In this document: positions 1 through 10,000 of the stretch, piece after piece
Layout: the number at the start of each line of letters is the position of its first letter
Numbering within the stretch: position 1 is the first letter of the stretch
Source: a virus
Taxonomy: Duplodnaviria; Heunggongvirae; Uroviricota; Caudoviricetes
Strand: one strand, 5' to 3'
Length of the DNA stretch: 64,000 nt
IMG/VR virus record: IMGVR_UViG_2799113093_000010
Translations under genes and position numbers: made by a program
The notes under the pieces: model-generated
Database searches by the model: none
The model's input: only the letters and a program-made list of their open reading frames with translations
What the model was told of the DNA's origin: nothing

Positions 1-2458
1 CGACGCCGGAAGGCGTGCCGGGTATTGCTGGTGCACCAATGAACAGCCGGCCGCCGAACGCGAAGTTTCCTGGCGATTGACCGTCGGGGGTAAAAGCGCC
101 GTTGAACCACGAGCCGCGGCCACCGTCGCCCGATGGGGCGAGTAGCAAGGCTGGAGTTCCGGTGGGAGGGGTGGTCGAATTCGCGTAGTAGAGCTGCGCG
201 TCGTTTCTTCCCAGAGCAACGCCGGAGGCGTATCGGGGGAATCCGCTAGTGGTGGTGGTGTGATACCAGTTGTAGGTCCGATTGGACCCGCCGCCTGGGC
301 CTCCCGCGGTTTCCTTTTCTGTGTAGATGCCGCCGTTGGTGACAAGGACGCTGAGCGTCGTTACACCCCAGTCGATGTCTACGCCGCGCTCTATGCGCTT
401 GGCGACCCATTGGCCGGCCCGACCGCCTTCACCGGAATATCCAGCGCCGCCGTCGCCGCCGCCGCCAGCTCCTCCGGCTCCCAGCCCGACCAGGTAGAGG
501 TACCTGCTCGTCGACGGGATCGTGTAGGTGAACCACTGCCCGGAGTAGCTTGGGCCGCCGGTGTAATTGAAGTCGGTCCACTGACTTTCGATCAGAACCT
601 CACCGAGAGCACCCCATGCCGGATTCAATTCGACAGATGTTCCGACCGAGGACGGCAGCGAAGTCAGTGATGCCCCACCGTCTTGAGTGAAGAACAATGG
701 CACCGGCTGAACTGATTCGAGCACCGACAGCATCGCGTTGTTGGTCAAGATCGGAGCTGCGGTGCCACCCACCTGGAGGGCACCGATGAATACCGTCTCG
801 CCGCGATCGACCGCGAAGAATGGGTCGGGAATGGCGAACGTCTGCACCTTCGACGCAGTGACACTGGACTTTTGGTTGCCGAGGTTGGTGTCGAGCACGA
901 TGTAGCCGCCGGAATCAATACGGAATAGCCCGATGAATAGCTGGGTCATCGTGTTCGTTGTGATGCCAACCTTCACCGATTTGTAGACGCGGGCGACATC
1001 GGGCGTGATCGGGATGAGCACCAACTTGCCCAGTGGCGGCGTGAACGTGCTGGACGCGTTGATGATTGGGAACGACACGTCGTCGTGGGTGCCGGTCGAG
1101 AGCCATCGGGGGGATCGGCGCGGGAGGTTGATCAGGTCGCTGGCGTAGATCGCGGCTGCTTTGGCGTCGTCGGCGGTCTGCTTCAGCGCAGCTGTGGCGG
1201 TGGCGAAGTCGTCGGTGTTCTTGCCCGACGCCGTGGTCCCGAAGACGACATTCCAGAAGCCGTCAATGATCTTGCCGAAGTCGCCGCCGAGGCTGGCGCC
1301 ACCGACAGGCGAGGTCACCTGTCCGTGCGGGAGCTGCCCCAGGAGCTTGTTCACCGCGAGCTGGCCGAGGTTGTTCAACCCTGAGAGCCGGTTCTGCACG
1401 TCGATGAAGGTCGCGCCGACCGTGCCGCCGATGGTGTCCTTCAGGGTTTGGATGACCGAGTTGCCGATGTTGCCGAGCTGCGAGGCGTCGAACTTGCCGT
1501 CCAGTCCCAAAGCCGCCAGGCGGCTTTGGATATCGAGGATGCCGGTATTGACGACGCCGCCCACCGCATCGAACAGCGACTTGAACAGGCTGATGATGGC
1601 CGTCAGGCCGGCGACGAATTCCTGTGGCAGGAGCCCGAACTTGGATGCGGACGCGTCGTCGAACCACACCGTGCCGGCGGTGCATGTGTTCGACACGGAC
1701 AGCCGCAGCCGCACCGAGTCGATGTTCATGTCGGGCGGCACGGTGGTGGTGCCGGTCAGCTGGGTCCAGGACGAGTTGGCGGCCGGCCCGGTGATCTTGG
1801 CGAGCGGCAGCGTCCCTCGCGGGGCGCCGGCTTCAAACATGGCGTATTCCAGCTTGATTGCGTCACCTGACGCGGCCATGCCTTGCCATTGCGTCCACAC
1901 CGATCCGCGGAGCTGTTGGCGTGCTCCGACCGGGATGTAGTTGGACAGCAACTCCTTCTCGATGCCGTCGGCGTCGGTCTTCGCGGAGCCGGGTGAAGAC
2001 TTGCCGGCGGTCGCATCCCACGACCACAGGCCTTGTCCCGACATCGAGATCGCCCCGTCGAATTTGGGGTTGGTCAGCAGCTCCGATTCGAGTTCGCCGA
2101 CGATCGACGAGATGGACACCTGTGAGATCTGGGTTGGCAGGATCTGTCCAAACAGGTTGAGCACGTTGATCGGCTGGCCGCCGTTGATCAGCTGGTCGAT
2201 CAGGTTCCGCAGGACCTCGGCGCTGGCGCCGACGTTGTGCACCCAGTCGACCAGCTCGCCTATCGGGTCGGTTGCTATCCCGAGCAGGGTGTCGATGAGG
2301 CGCTGGAACTGCTCTTGGAACTGCTTCGGGATCGCCTTGCCGAGGATGTCGCCGAGCGCGTCGATCTGCTTCTTGAGCGCTGGGTCGACGGCGAGTTCGT
2401 TGGTGGGGTCGTAGTCGACCTTGAACCCATGTGGGACAAGGTCGACCGCGCGTGGCAC
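1..2458 (-). CDS. minor tail protein, 3'-truncated at window edge (>=818 aa)
   Basis: Uninterrupted minus-strand frame from GTG at 2458 down to position 1. It is not in the ORF track because no in-window stop exists. The frame has a GC3-rich codon pattern. The start overlaps the upstream stop (TAGTG). The C-terminal region is Gly-rich (GAGGAGGGGDGGAGYSGEGG), as in mycobacteriophage minor tail proteins. Confidence 0.6.
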   Translation of the reverse strand, partial: MPRAVDLVPHGFKVDYDPTNELAVDPALKKQIDALGDILGKAIPKQFQEQFQRLIDTLLGIATDPIGELVDWVHNVGASAEVLRNLIDQLINGGQPINVLNLFGQILPTQISQVSISSIVGELESELLTNPKFDGAISMSGQGLWSWDATAGKSSPGSAKTDADGIEKELLSNYIPVGARQQLRGSVWTQWQGMAASGDAIKLEYAMFEAGAPRGTLPLAKITGPAANSSWTQLTGTTTVPPDMNIDSVRLRLSVSNTCTAGTVWFDDASASKFGLLPQEFVAGLTAIISLFKSLFDAVGGVVNTGILDIQSRLAALGLDGKFDASQLGNIGNSVIQTLKDTIGGTVGATFIDVQNRLSGLNNLGQLAVNKLLGQLPHGQVTSPVGGASLGGDFGKIIDGFWNVVFGTTASGKNTDDFATATAALKQTADDAKAAAIYASDLINLPRRSPRWLSTGTHDDVSFPIINASSTFTPPLGKLVLIPITPDVARVYKSVKVGITTNTMTQLFIGLFRIDSGGYIVLDTNLGNQKSSVTASKVQTFAIPDPFFAVDRGETVFIGALQVGGTAAPILTNNAMLSVLESVQPVPLFFTQDGGASLTSLPSSVGTSVELNPAWGALGEVLIESQWTDFNYTGGPSYSGQWFTYTIPSTSRYLYLVGLGAGGAGGGGDGGAGYSGEGGRAGQWVAKRIERGVDIDWGVTTLSVLVTNGGIYTEKETAGGPGGGSNRTYNWYHTTTTSGFPRYASGVALGRNDAQLYYANSTTPPTGTPALLLAPSGDGGRGSWFNGAFTPDGQSPGNFAFGGRLFIGAPAIPGTPSGV

Positions 2459-3558
2459 TAGACCGGGACCACCAGAATGAACAGCTGGGCGTTGGCCTTG
2501 TCGAACATGTACGCGCCCGGCGAGCCGTCGTTGTACAGGTTCACGTAGACGGTGCCGGCGTTCCCGGTGTGGTTCGCCGTCACCAGGCCGAGGGTGTTGT
2601 CGGGGGTGATCGCTGCGACCGGGTCGGTGGGTGAGGACGCGTGCGGCGACATCTGCGCCCACTGGGAGGTGTTACCGAAGCCGCGCGCGATCAGCGGACC
2701 AGAGGTGGGGTTACCGAGGCGCACCTCGCAGCCGATGATGAATGGGTCCGAATTCAGCTGCACGCCAGTGGCCTTGACCTTGCCCCACACCATCGGCTTC
2801 CAGTTGAACGGCTGCGCCGGGATCGCGAAGCTGCCGATCGGTGCGCGGGTGGAGACGCCCTGGAAGTTGGTGAACGCGGCCTCGGGCACTGTGAAGGGGC
2901 GAGGAAGGATCGCGCCCACGTCGAGCGGTGCCCACTTGGTGCCGTTGAACGCCAGCACCTGGCCAAGCCGCGGCGGGGTGGTCATGTCCACGTCGGGCGC
3001 CGACGCGATGTTCGTGGACGGACCGACCGGGCCGCGCGGGACCCGCAGATGCGCGATCACCGACGGCGTGTACGGGGAACCGGACTGCGACATGTACGAG
3101 TCCTGCGCACCGTCGGGGTCCAGAAGCTCAACACCCCAAGTGATTTCAGGGACAGGACCGACAGGCCCTTGAGAGCCCATCATCAGCACCTTGTAGTGGT
3201 CGCCGAACCACACGTATGCGCGGGACCCGACCATTACCGGTGGGTCACCCTCGTAGTGGTTCATGACCCAGTACTTGCCGATGTCTTCCTCGGTGTTCGT
3301 GAGGTTGGTGGGTAGGTCCTCGGGGTCGTCGATGGTGGACAGCTGCAGCCGCATCGCGAACGCGTTCTGCCCGGCCGGCCCCTGCGGACCCACCAGGGCA
3401 GGGATGGTGAGAGTCGCCTGATCGCCGGAGATTTCGATGGTGGCGCTGAAGCCGTCCGGTGTTTCGCCGTCGGACAGCACCGCGAACACGTGCGTGGTCG
3501 TCGTGATCGACTTCAAGTACTGCATCAGCCCGAGAGTTGGGGCCACAGGAGCGCTCAT
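2458..3558 (-). CDS. minor tail protein (366 aa)
   Basis: Long GC3-biased ORF in the tail gene block downstream of the tape measure gene; Gly/Pro-rich repeats (PQGPAGQ). Confidence 0.5.
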   Translation of the reverse strand: MSAPVAPTLGLMQYLKSITTTTHVFAVLSDGETPDGFSATIEISGDQATLTIPALVGPQGPAGQNAFAMRLQLSTIDDPEDLPTNLTNTEEDIGKYWVMNHYEGDPPVMVGSRAYVWFGDHYKVLMMGSQGPVGPVPEITWGVELLDPDGAQDSYMSQSGSPYTPSVIAHLRVPRGPVGPSTNIASAPDVDMTTPPRLGQVLAFNGTKWAPLDVGAILPRPFTVPEAAFTNFQGVSTRAPIGSFAIPAQPFNWKPMVWGKVKATGVQLNSDPFIIGCEVRLGNPTSGPLIARGFGNTSQWAQMSPHASSPTDPVAAITPDNTLGLVTANHTGNAGTVYVNLYNDGSPGAYMFDKANAQLFILVVPV

Positions 3559-4164
3559 CTAGTAGTCCTCCGGTCGTGGTTCGATGACTTCGCGGACCTT
3601 CGCGACGGTGTGCCATTCGGCGACCACCGGTACTTCTTCGCCGTCTCGGCGAGCAGCTGCACCGCGGACGTCGGGCGGCCGGAGCCGGTCGCCGCTGAAA
3701 TCGCCTGGCTGCAGATCGCGTTCGACGTCGTCGGGGGCCTTCACGTCCACCCACGTGCATGCGTTCTCGTACACCCCGGGGCCGTTGACGCGCCGCTTCT
3801 TGATCAGCGCCGGCGCCGAGCGACGAAACCCGTATAGCGCTGCCGTCCAGGCGATCCCGAGGGTGCCGGCGGTCATGGCGTTCAGGTCGTGGACGGTGCC
3901 GTTCTGATCGACTGGGTACTCCATGACCTCCAGCAGCTCCAGATAGGCGCGCTGGATGTCGCGCATGTCGGCGACTTTGGCGGCCTTGTCGCGGTCGAGT
4001 CCGGCCGCCAATCCGACTGCCATATCTGGGTCGTCCCAGTCCTCGCAGTCGTCGGCCTCCTGGCATACCGCGAGGTCCCGTTCGGACAGGAGCGTCCCGC
4101 GGCTGTCGCGCTCGGCACCGATCTGCCACACCGGGACCGGCTGCGGCTCTTGGTATTCGGTCAA
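3559..4164 (-). CDS. minor tail protein / hypothetical (201 aa)
   Basis: ORF with acidic N-terminus, position in the tail block, and 4-nt overlap with the upstream gene. Confidence 0.4.
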   Translation of the reverse strand: MTEYQEPQPVPVWQIGAERDSRGTLLSERDLAVCQEADDCEDWDDPDMAVGLAAGLDRDKAAKVADMRDIQRAYLELLEVMEYPVDQNGTVHDLNAMTAGTLGIAWTAALYGFRRSAPALIKKRRVNGPGVYENACTWVDVKAPDDVERDLQPGDFSGDRLRPPDVRGAAARRDGEEVPVVAEWHTVAKVREVIEPRPEDY

Positions 4165-5993
4165 AACAGAGTCCCCTCCCCGAGGAAGTGAGACAGGGTG
4201 GTCCAGACGGCTTGCAGGGCGCGGAGCCCGCGGGCGGTGGGGTCCTGCTTGGCGGTGTCGTCGCCGATGGACAGATGCACGGTGACTGGCTCTGTGCGCG
4301 ACCAGGTGCGGCGTATGGCGGTGATCTGGTCGGTGAAGATGATCCCGTGCTGCTCGAAGCCGGCGCGGTCCCCGAGTCCGACGTCGACGTCGACCACATG
4401 GGGTCGCCCGTTGATGACGGAGACGGTGAATCCCTGCCAGGCCCGGGTGTTGAAATGCCCCAGGCGCAGGGTGACTATCCCGGCCAGGGTGTAGGCGGTG
4501 CCGCCGCCCTTCTCGAAGTGCTCCTGCCAGGCCAGGTCGCCGACGCGGAGCGCCCGCATCGGATCAGTAAATCTTTGCCAAGCAAAAAGGGTGTTGTCCA
4601 GCTGCCCTTGGTAGAGGTTGTCGAGTCCCTCGCTGCCGTACTGCTGGTAGGCGCCGATTCCGTAGCTGATGACCTGCGCCAGTTGCGAGAGCGCGTACCT
4701 GATCGCGAACGTCTGGGCCTGGTTGACGATCTGCGGGCTGCGAGAGCCCGTCATGATCGTCTTGACTTCGCCCTTGTGCTGTCGACGCTCAGATTCGATG
4801 ATTCCGCTGTACTGGCCCTCGTACCAGATGGTCTTCGGCTTCTCCGGTGCGACGCCGAGAAGCTTGCGGAACAGCGGATCAGTCTCGCCGTCCTGATCCT
4901 GATCGAGGTTGAACAGCGTCTCGGTGATCATGTCGTCGAGCGTTGCTCCGATGAGGTTGATAACCCCGTCCGCGGCGGTGCCCGTCGGGCCGGTGACCCC
5001 CGACTTGTCCTCAACAGCAAATACAACACAGTTGCGGTGCGGGCGGGTGAGATCGTTGACCAGATCCTCGGCAACGGTGCCGCGCGCCAGGTCCACCAGT
5101 TCGGTGTGCGGGGAGTCCTCGTCCTCCTCCAGCCAGGTGTATGCCCGGAAGCCGCAGCCGGCGTCCTTGAGCATGTCGTCCATCGCCGAGTGCCAGTCGG
5201 TCCACGCGGCGCCGATCACCGACAGCCGGGACTGGTCCAGCAGTGGGTTCACGAACGCCACCTGCAGCGGCCACGACAGGGGGTCCAGGCCGGTGATGCC
5301 GCCGTTGATCCAGGCGAACGGGTTGAACGCGTTGGTGGGGATCGACAGCAGCGGGAAGAACAACCGGGCCAGGTTGATGAACATCGAAATCGACAGGATG
5401 GTGCGGGTGTTGCCCGGCAGCACCCACATCTTGGGCAGCTGAATTTCCGGTGGAAAAACTGGATTCGCTGCGAACAGAAGGTTTTTCGCGTGCTGGCGGT
5501 TGGAGATCGCTTCCAGCTCCAGGGTGTGGATGCCGGAGCTGTCGCGCTTGGCGATGACGCCGGTGACCTTGCCGCCCCAGCGGGTGCGCCACGACGTCTG
5601 CGTCGGGATCGGGTCGACGACGAGGTGCAGGTCCTCGTGGATCTTCGTCTGCTGCAGGATGAACTCGGTCAGCCAATTGTCGTATCGGATAACGCAACTG
5701 GCCTGCCCTGAGTCCGTCCATAGCTCCTCGACGGAGGCCTGACGCTCGCCCTGGACCTGGGCGACCTGCTTCATGTTCTTGTCGAACAGCCGCACCAAAG
5801 GCCTCTGCCGCGAAGCTGATTCGATGACGTCGCGGCGCCCGCGCAGATACCGGTACGCCGACATCGGGTCCAGATCGGGGTTCGGCTTGTCTTTCTGGCC
5901 GACCATTCCCTTCCAGGACTTGTCGAGCCAGCGCGTGAACTCAAGCGGCGCGGTGATCAGTCCGTGATCGACGCCGTCGAGCAGAGTGCTCAC
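4161..5993 (-). CDS. minor tail protein (610 aa)
   Basis: Large ORF immediately after the Dit-like gene. Its size and position fit a Tal-like tail tip protein. Confidence 0.5.
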   Translation of the reverse strand: MSTLLDGVDHGLITAPLEFTRWLDKSWKGMVGQKDKPNPDLDPMSAYRYLRGRRDVIESASRQRPLVRLFDKNMKQVAQVQGERQASVEELWTDSGQASCVIRYDNWLTEFILQQTKIHEDLHLVVDPIPTQTSWRTRWGGKVTGVIAKRDSSGIHTLELEAISNRQHAKNLLFAANPVFPPEIQLPKMWVLPGNTRTILSISMFINLARLFFPLLSIPTNAFNPFAWINGGITGLDPLSWPLQVAFVNPLLDQSRLSVIGAAWTDWHSAMDDMLKDAGCGFRAYTWLEEDEDSPHTELVDLARGTVAEDLVNDLTRPHRNCVVFAVEDKSGVTGPTGTAADGVINLIGATLDDMITETLFNLDQDQDGETDPLFRKLLGVAPEKPKTIWYEGQYSGIIESERRQHKGEVKTIMTGSRSPQIVNQAQTFAIRYALSQLAQVISYGIGAYQQYGSEGLDNLYQGQLDNTLFAWQRFTDPMRALRVGDLAWQEHFEKGGGTAYTLAGIVTLRLGHFNTRAWQGFTVSVINGRPHVVDVDVGLGDRAGFEQHGIIFTDQITAIRRTWSRTEPVTVHLSIGDDTAKQDPTARGLRALQAVWTTLSHFLGEGTLF

Positions 5994-7003
5994 CGGGAGC
6001 GCTTGTACCTCTGCGGCAAAATGACGGTGATCTTCGCTTGGGGGTCGGAGTGCTTCACCCGGATCTGGGCGATGGTCTTGGGAGCGACGCCTGACATGAA
6101 CCGCTTGTCGAACCGCTTCCAGATCGGCTCACCAGAGGCGGCCAGGTCGTGCAGGAAGAAGTCGAGAATCTTTGACTGCCTGGCGATCTTGTAGAAGATG
6201 TTGTCGACCGGGTCGTTGGATGCGGTCAGCGTGCGGGCAGTCGGATCAGTGTCCACGAGCACGTAGCCGTCGTTGGCCGTGATCAGCGGCAGCGGCACCA
6301 TACGGTCGCTGTTCCCGTCCTCCACCCAGCAGGTGCCGGGCGGCACGATGAACTGGGGGTACGAGGTGAGGTCGCCGCGGTTGGCAAGCGTCACAACGCC
6401 TTCGCCGCCGCCTGTGAAGTGTGCGGCGTTCTCGTGGGTGTTCTGCCAGGTCTTCCAGAAGCTCGGCTTGCTGTAGTAAGGCTTCTGCGCGATCCACGTC
6501 AGATTCCACGAGGCGAAGTTGTTGCCGAACGCGACTGGGTCCCGCTTCTGGCTGCCGCTGACGGTCTTCGCCGGCCGCACCCGAAGCCACCTCCACCCGG
6601 AGTAGCGGGTGTACACGCCGAGCCAGCCGTCGCGTTCTTCGTCTTGGCCTTGCCACCAACGGGATTCGGCCATCCGGTACTGGTAGTTGTTGTACGGGAT
6701 GGCGCGGCCACCGATCTTCACGCCGAGGTTGATTTCACGCTTGAGGACGTTGACGCGTTCCACGGTGGCGCCCATCTCATAAGCGCCCTCGGACAGCAGC
6801 AGCTCGAACGGCCAGTGGTGCTCGCCGTCGAACTCCTCCGCGAGATGCACGCCCTGGCGACCGGCGAGCGGGCCGCCATACAGGTCGTAGCGGAACCCGT
6901 CCGGGGTGATGTACATGAGGCGGGTTTCCAAGCCCTGCAACGCAGGCCGCAGCTTGTCCCAGTCGTCGTAGGCGGCAAGCTCGGCCTGGCGGATGAATCT
7001 CAA
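5990..7003 (-). CDS. minor tail protein, distal-tail (Dit)-like (337 aa)
   Basis: First ORF after the tape measure gene, with a 4-nt overlap. This is the typical position for a distal tail protein. Confidence 0.5.
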   Translation of the reverse strand: MRFIRQAELAAYDDWDKLRPALQGLETRLMYITPDGFRYDLYGGPLAGRQGVHLAEEFDGEHHWPFELLLSEGAYEMGATVERVNVLKREINLGVKIGGRAIPYNNYQYRMAESRWWQGQDEERDGWLGVYTRYSGWRWLRVRPAKTVSGSQKRDPVAFGNNFASWNLTWIAQKPYYSKPSFWKTWQNTHENAAHFTGGGEGVVTLANRGDLTSYPQFIVPPGTCWVEDGNSDRMVPLPLITANDGYVLVDTDPTARTLTASNDPVDNIFYKIARQSKILDFFLHDLAASGEPIWKRFDKRFMSGVAPKTIAQIRVKHSDPQAKITVILPQRYKRSR

Positions 7004-10000
7004 GGCAGCCCCGGTAGCGCGGACGAGAAGCTGCGGTCCCGTGACACCATGGGGCCGCGGATGGAGTCGGTGATCTCCTTGTCGGAGTGGCCGACCTGAC
7101 CGTTGAACTGGATCCGGTTGTCGTTGACGATGGGCTGCTGGCTGTTCGGCAGGTAGTTACCGACCTGGGGAAGCACCGACATCACGGTGTCTCCGACCGA
7201 CGAGATGCCGCCACCGCCACCGAAATCGAATCCGCCGAGTCCGCTGGACTGGAACGCTCCGCGCTGCGGACCGCCGTAGGCGTTCTGCGCCATCCTGCCG
7301 AAGACGTTCGCGCCGCCGGTGAACAACTTCCAGATGCCCCAGTCCATCGGGTTCGAGAACACGGAGCCGTCGAGTCCGAGGAATTCGAGGCCGCCCTTGA
7401 GCATGTCCTTGACCAGGCCTGCACCGTTCATGCCGCTACTGCCTTCCTTGGCGGCGGTGAACTTGCCGCGCTGTGCGTCCTGGAGGTCCTGGCGGGAGTC
7501 GCCTGCTTCGCGGCGAGCCTTGTCGGCGTCGCGGCGGGCCTTCTCCACGTTGTTGTCGGCCTGCATGACCTCAAGGTCCGAGGCTGCGGCGGTGAGGTTC
7601 TTGCGCTTCTCCTCGGCCTCCTTGACGTGGGCGTCGGCGTCGCGGATGCGCTGATCGGCATCGGCGACACGCTCCTGCGCTTCGCGAATCTGCTTGGGGT
7701 CCTGGGCGAAATAGCCCGGCTGGCCTTGCTCGTTGTAGCCGGGCGTGCCGACGCCGGGACCGTAGAACGGCCCGAATCCGTTGACCAGCGGCCCGGTACG
7801 CCCCCGGAGGTCGTACGTCGAGCCGCTGGGGCCAACGTAGGGACCGCTGTAGCCGCCGGACGACGATCCGCCCGACAGCCGCCCGTAAGAGTTTGCCGCG
7901 GCACCCTTTTGGGACTGGATCTCCTTCAGGTATGCCTGCCGGCCGCCGGCGAACGCAGCGTCCGCCGACAATGCACCCGGGGCCTGCTGCAGCCAGAAGA
8001 TGTTCTTCCAGATGTCGTCGGACGCCCCGGGCGAGGACATCTTGGACTGCAGCCGCTTGAAGAACTCGGCGATGTTCTGGTTCGGGTCGTCACGGCCCGC
8101 ATAGCTGCCGTCCTGCTGGAAGATCCCGTGCCAAGCACCCCCGCCGCCGTCCTGCATGACGAGCCCCGACTCCTGCATCGCCGTCGAGAGGATCGCTTGC
8201 GTCTGCTCCGGGGTGAACCCACGCTTGGTCGCCTCCCCGATGATCGCCGAAGCGATCTCGTCCTTCGACGAGCCGGCCGACAGGTTCCCGACACCGGCCG
8301 GCCCCGTCGCGCCAGCCGAGTAAGCGCCTGCGGGGAGCTGGCCACCGCCACCCAGCGGCTGCGCTGCAGCGACGTGAATGTGGTTGCGGTGATGAGCCAT
8401 CTCAGCTTCGCCATAGATCGCGCGGGCCGCCGCCCCCTCAGCCCGCTGGCCGCCCACGTTGAACCAGACACGTTGCGGGTCATCGAAAATGATCTGCGTG
8501 AGCTGATCACGCATCGACCACAGAATGTCGAGGTTGCGGCTGGACGGGTCGACGTCGATCGCGGTGCCCTTGGGGTGGTTCTTGCCGTCGTCGTCGTGGT
8601 CGGTCTTGGCGGCGGTCAGGATTGCGCTCGGGTTCTGCGTCTTCAGTGCCTCCCAGATCGACAGGTTGACGGTGCCGCCGCCCATGCGGTTGATTTCGTC
8701 TTGAGTGACGCCGTTGTAGCCGCCCTGGTCGAACACGCCGAGCATGTGCCCGGTCTGCGCCCAGATGTCGATGGACCGCTTACCGCCCTTGAGGGGGATG
8801 AAAGCCTCACCGCCAGTGGATGGTTCGGCCCATTGCACCAGACCGGCGCCAGCCACTGGTGGCTGGATCAATGCGGTGCGGGGGAGCTTGCCGTCGGCGA
8901 ACGACGACACCGAGTTCCAGACGTCGAAGATTCCGCCGGTGGCGCGCGGCGGCATGATCAGTACCGGGATCCCCGATGGCGGGAGCACCGGCATGACGCC
9001 GTTGGGTGCCCCGGTTCCAGGGGGGCCGATGACGGGCTCGGGCATAGCGGTGTTGCTCGGGTACAGCTTGTCGCTCCAGCCGCCCGAGAGGGTTCCCTTG
9101 CCGAGGTCGTTGAGCTTGCGCTCGGCGTCCTTGGTGTCGACGGTGACCGGTATTTCGACCTTCTTGCCGGTCGTCTTGTCCCGCCACGCATCCAGAACCT
9201 TCTGCCCCTCATCGGTTTTGGGGACAACCTGGAACTTGCCGTCGGGCAGCTGCTTGACCTCCAACCCGATCTTGTCGAGCTTCGCGGTGACTTCGGGCTC
9301 GTTGGTGTCGATGAAGACGGTGGTCTTGTCCTCGCCCAGCGACACCTTCGCCTTACCCAATTGGTCGGTCAGCTTCGCTGCGGTCTTGGCGCCGTCGCTG
9401 ACCTTGTCGAAGTAGTTGCGGACATCGTCACCCCGCTCCTGAAACATCTTCTTGAGGTCCTGGCCCTGTTTCTGCAGGTCCTTGCCCCACCCGTAGAAGT
9501 CGTCGGCGCGGGTGCGCTCCTGCTGCGCCTTCTCGTCGTTGCCGAGAATGTCGTCCCACACTGCGCGAACCTGCATCCACGCTCCGGCCACGTCACCAGT
9601 GGCCGCAATGATGTCGCCGACCGCTTCCACCAAGTCGCCGGCGAACATACCGACGCCCTGCCCGGCGTAGATCGCGATATCGCCCATCGCCTGGAAGAAG
9701 CCGACCAGATCCGACTGATGGGTGGACACCCAGTCGCCGAGGTGCTGTAGGCCGTCGTCGACGAAGCTGAACACCTCGCTGGACAACGGCTGCAATGCGT
9801 CAGATGCCTTGTTCTTCAGTATTTCCCACTCGTCGGAGAACGTCTTGGTGGCGTCGACGTCCTGCTTGATGGTGGTGCCCGTGCGCTGCAGCGCTTCGTC
9901 GAGCTTGCCGACGTCGAACACGTTGCGCTTGATCGCGTCGACGAATGCCAGACCGCCGCGGCCACCAAACAGCTTGTCGCCCAGCTTGATCGCGTCCGCG

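Noticed and set aside
7087-9750. 887-aa plus-strand ORF, with similar long plus-strand ORFs at 4188..5711 and 14823..17339
   Set aside because: These are antisense to well-supported minus-strand structural genes (tape measure, minor tail, capsid/protease). Their composition is Arg/Ala/Gly-rich and they lack GC3 periodicity. They are typical shadow ORFs of 66% GC DNA.
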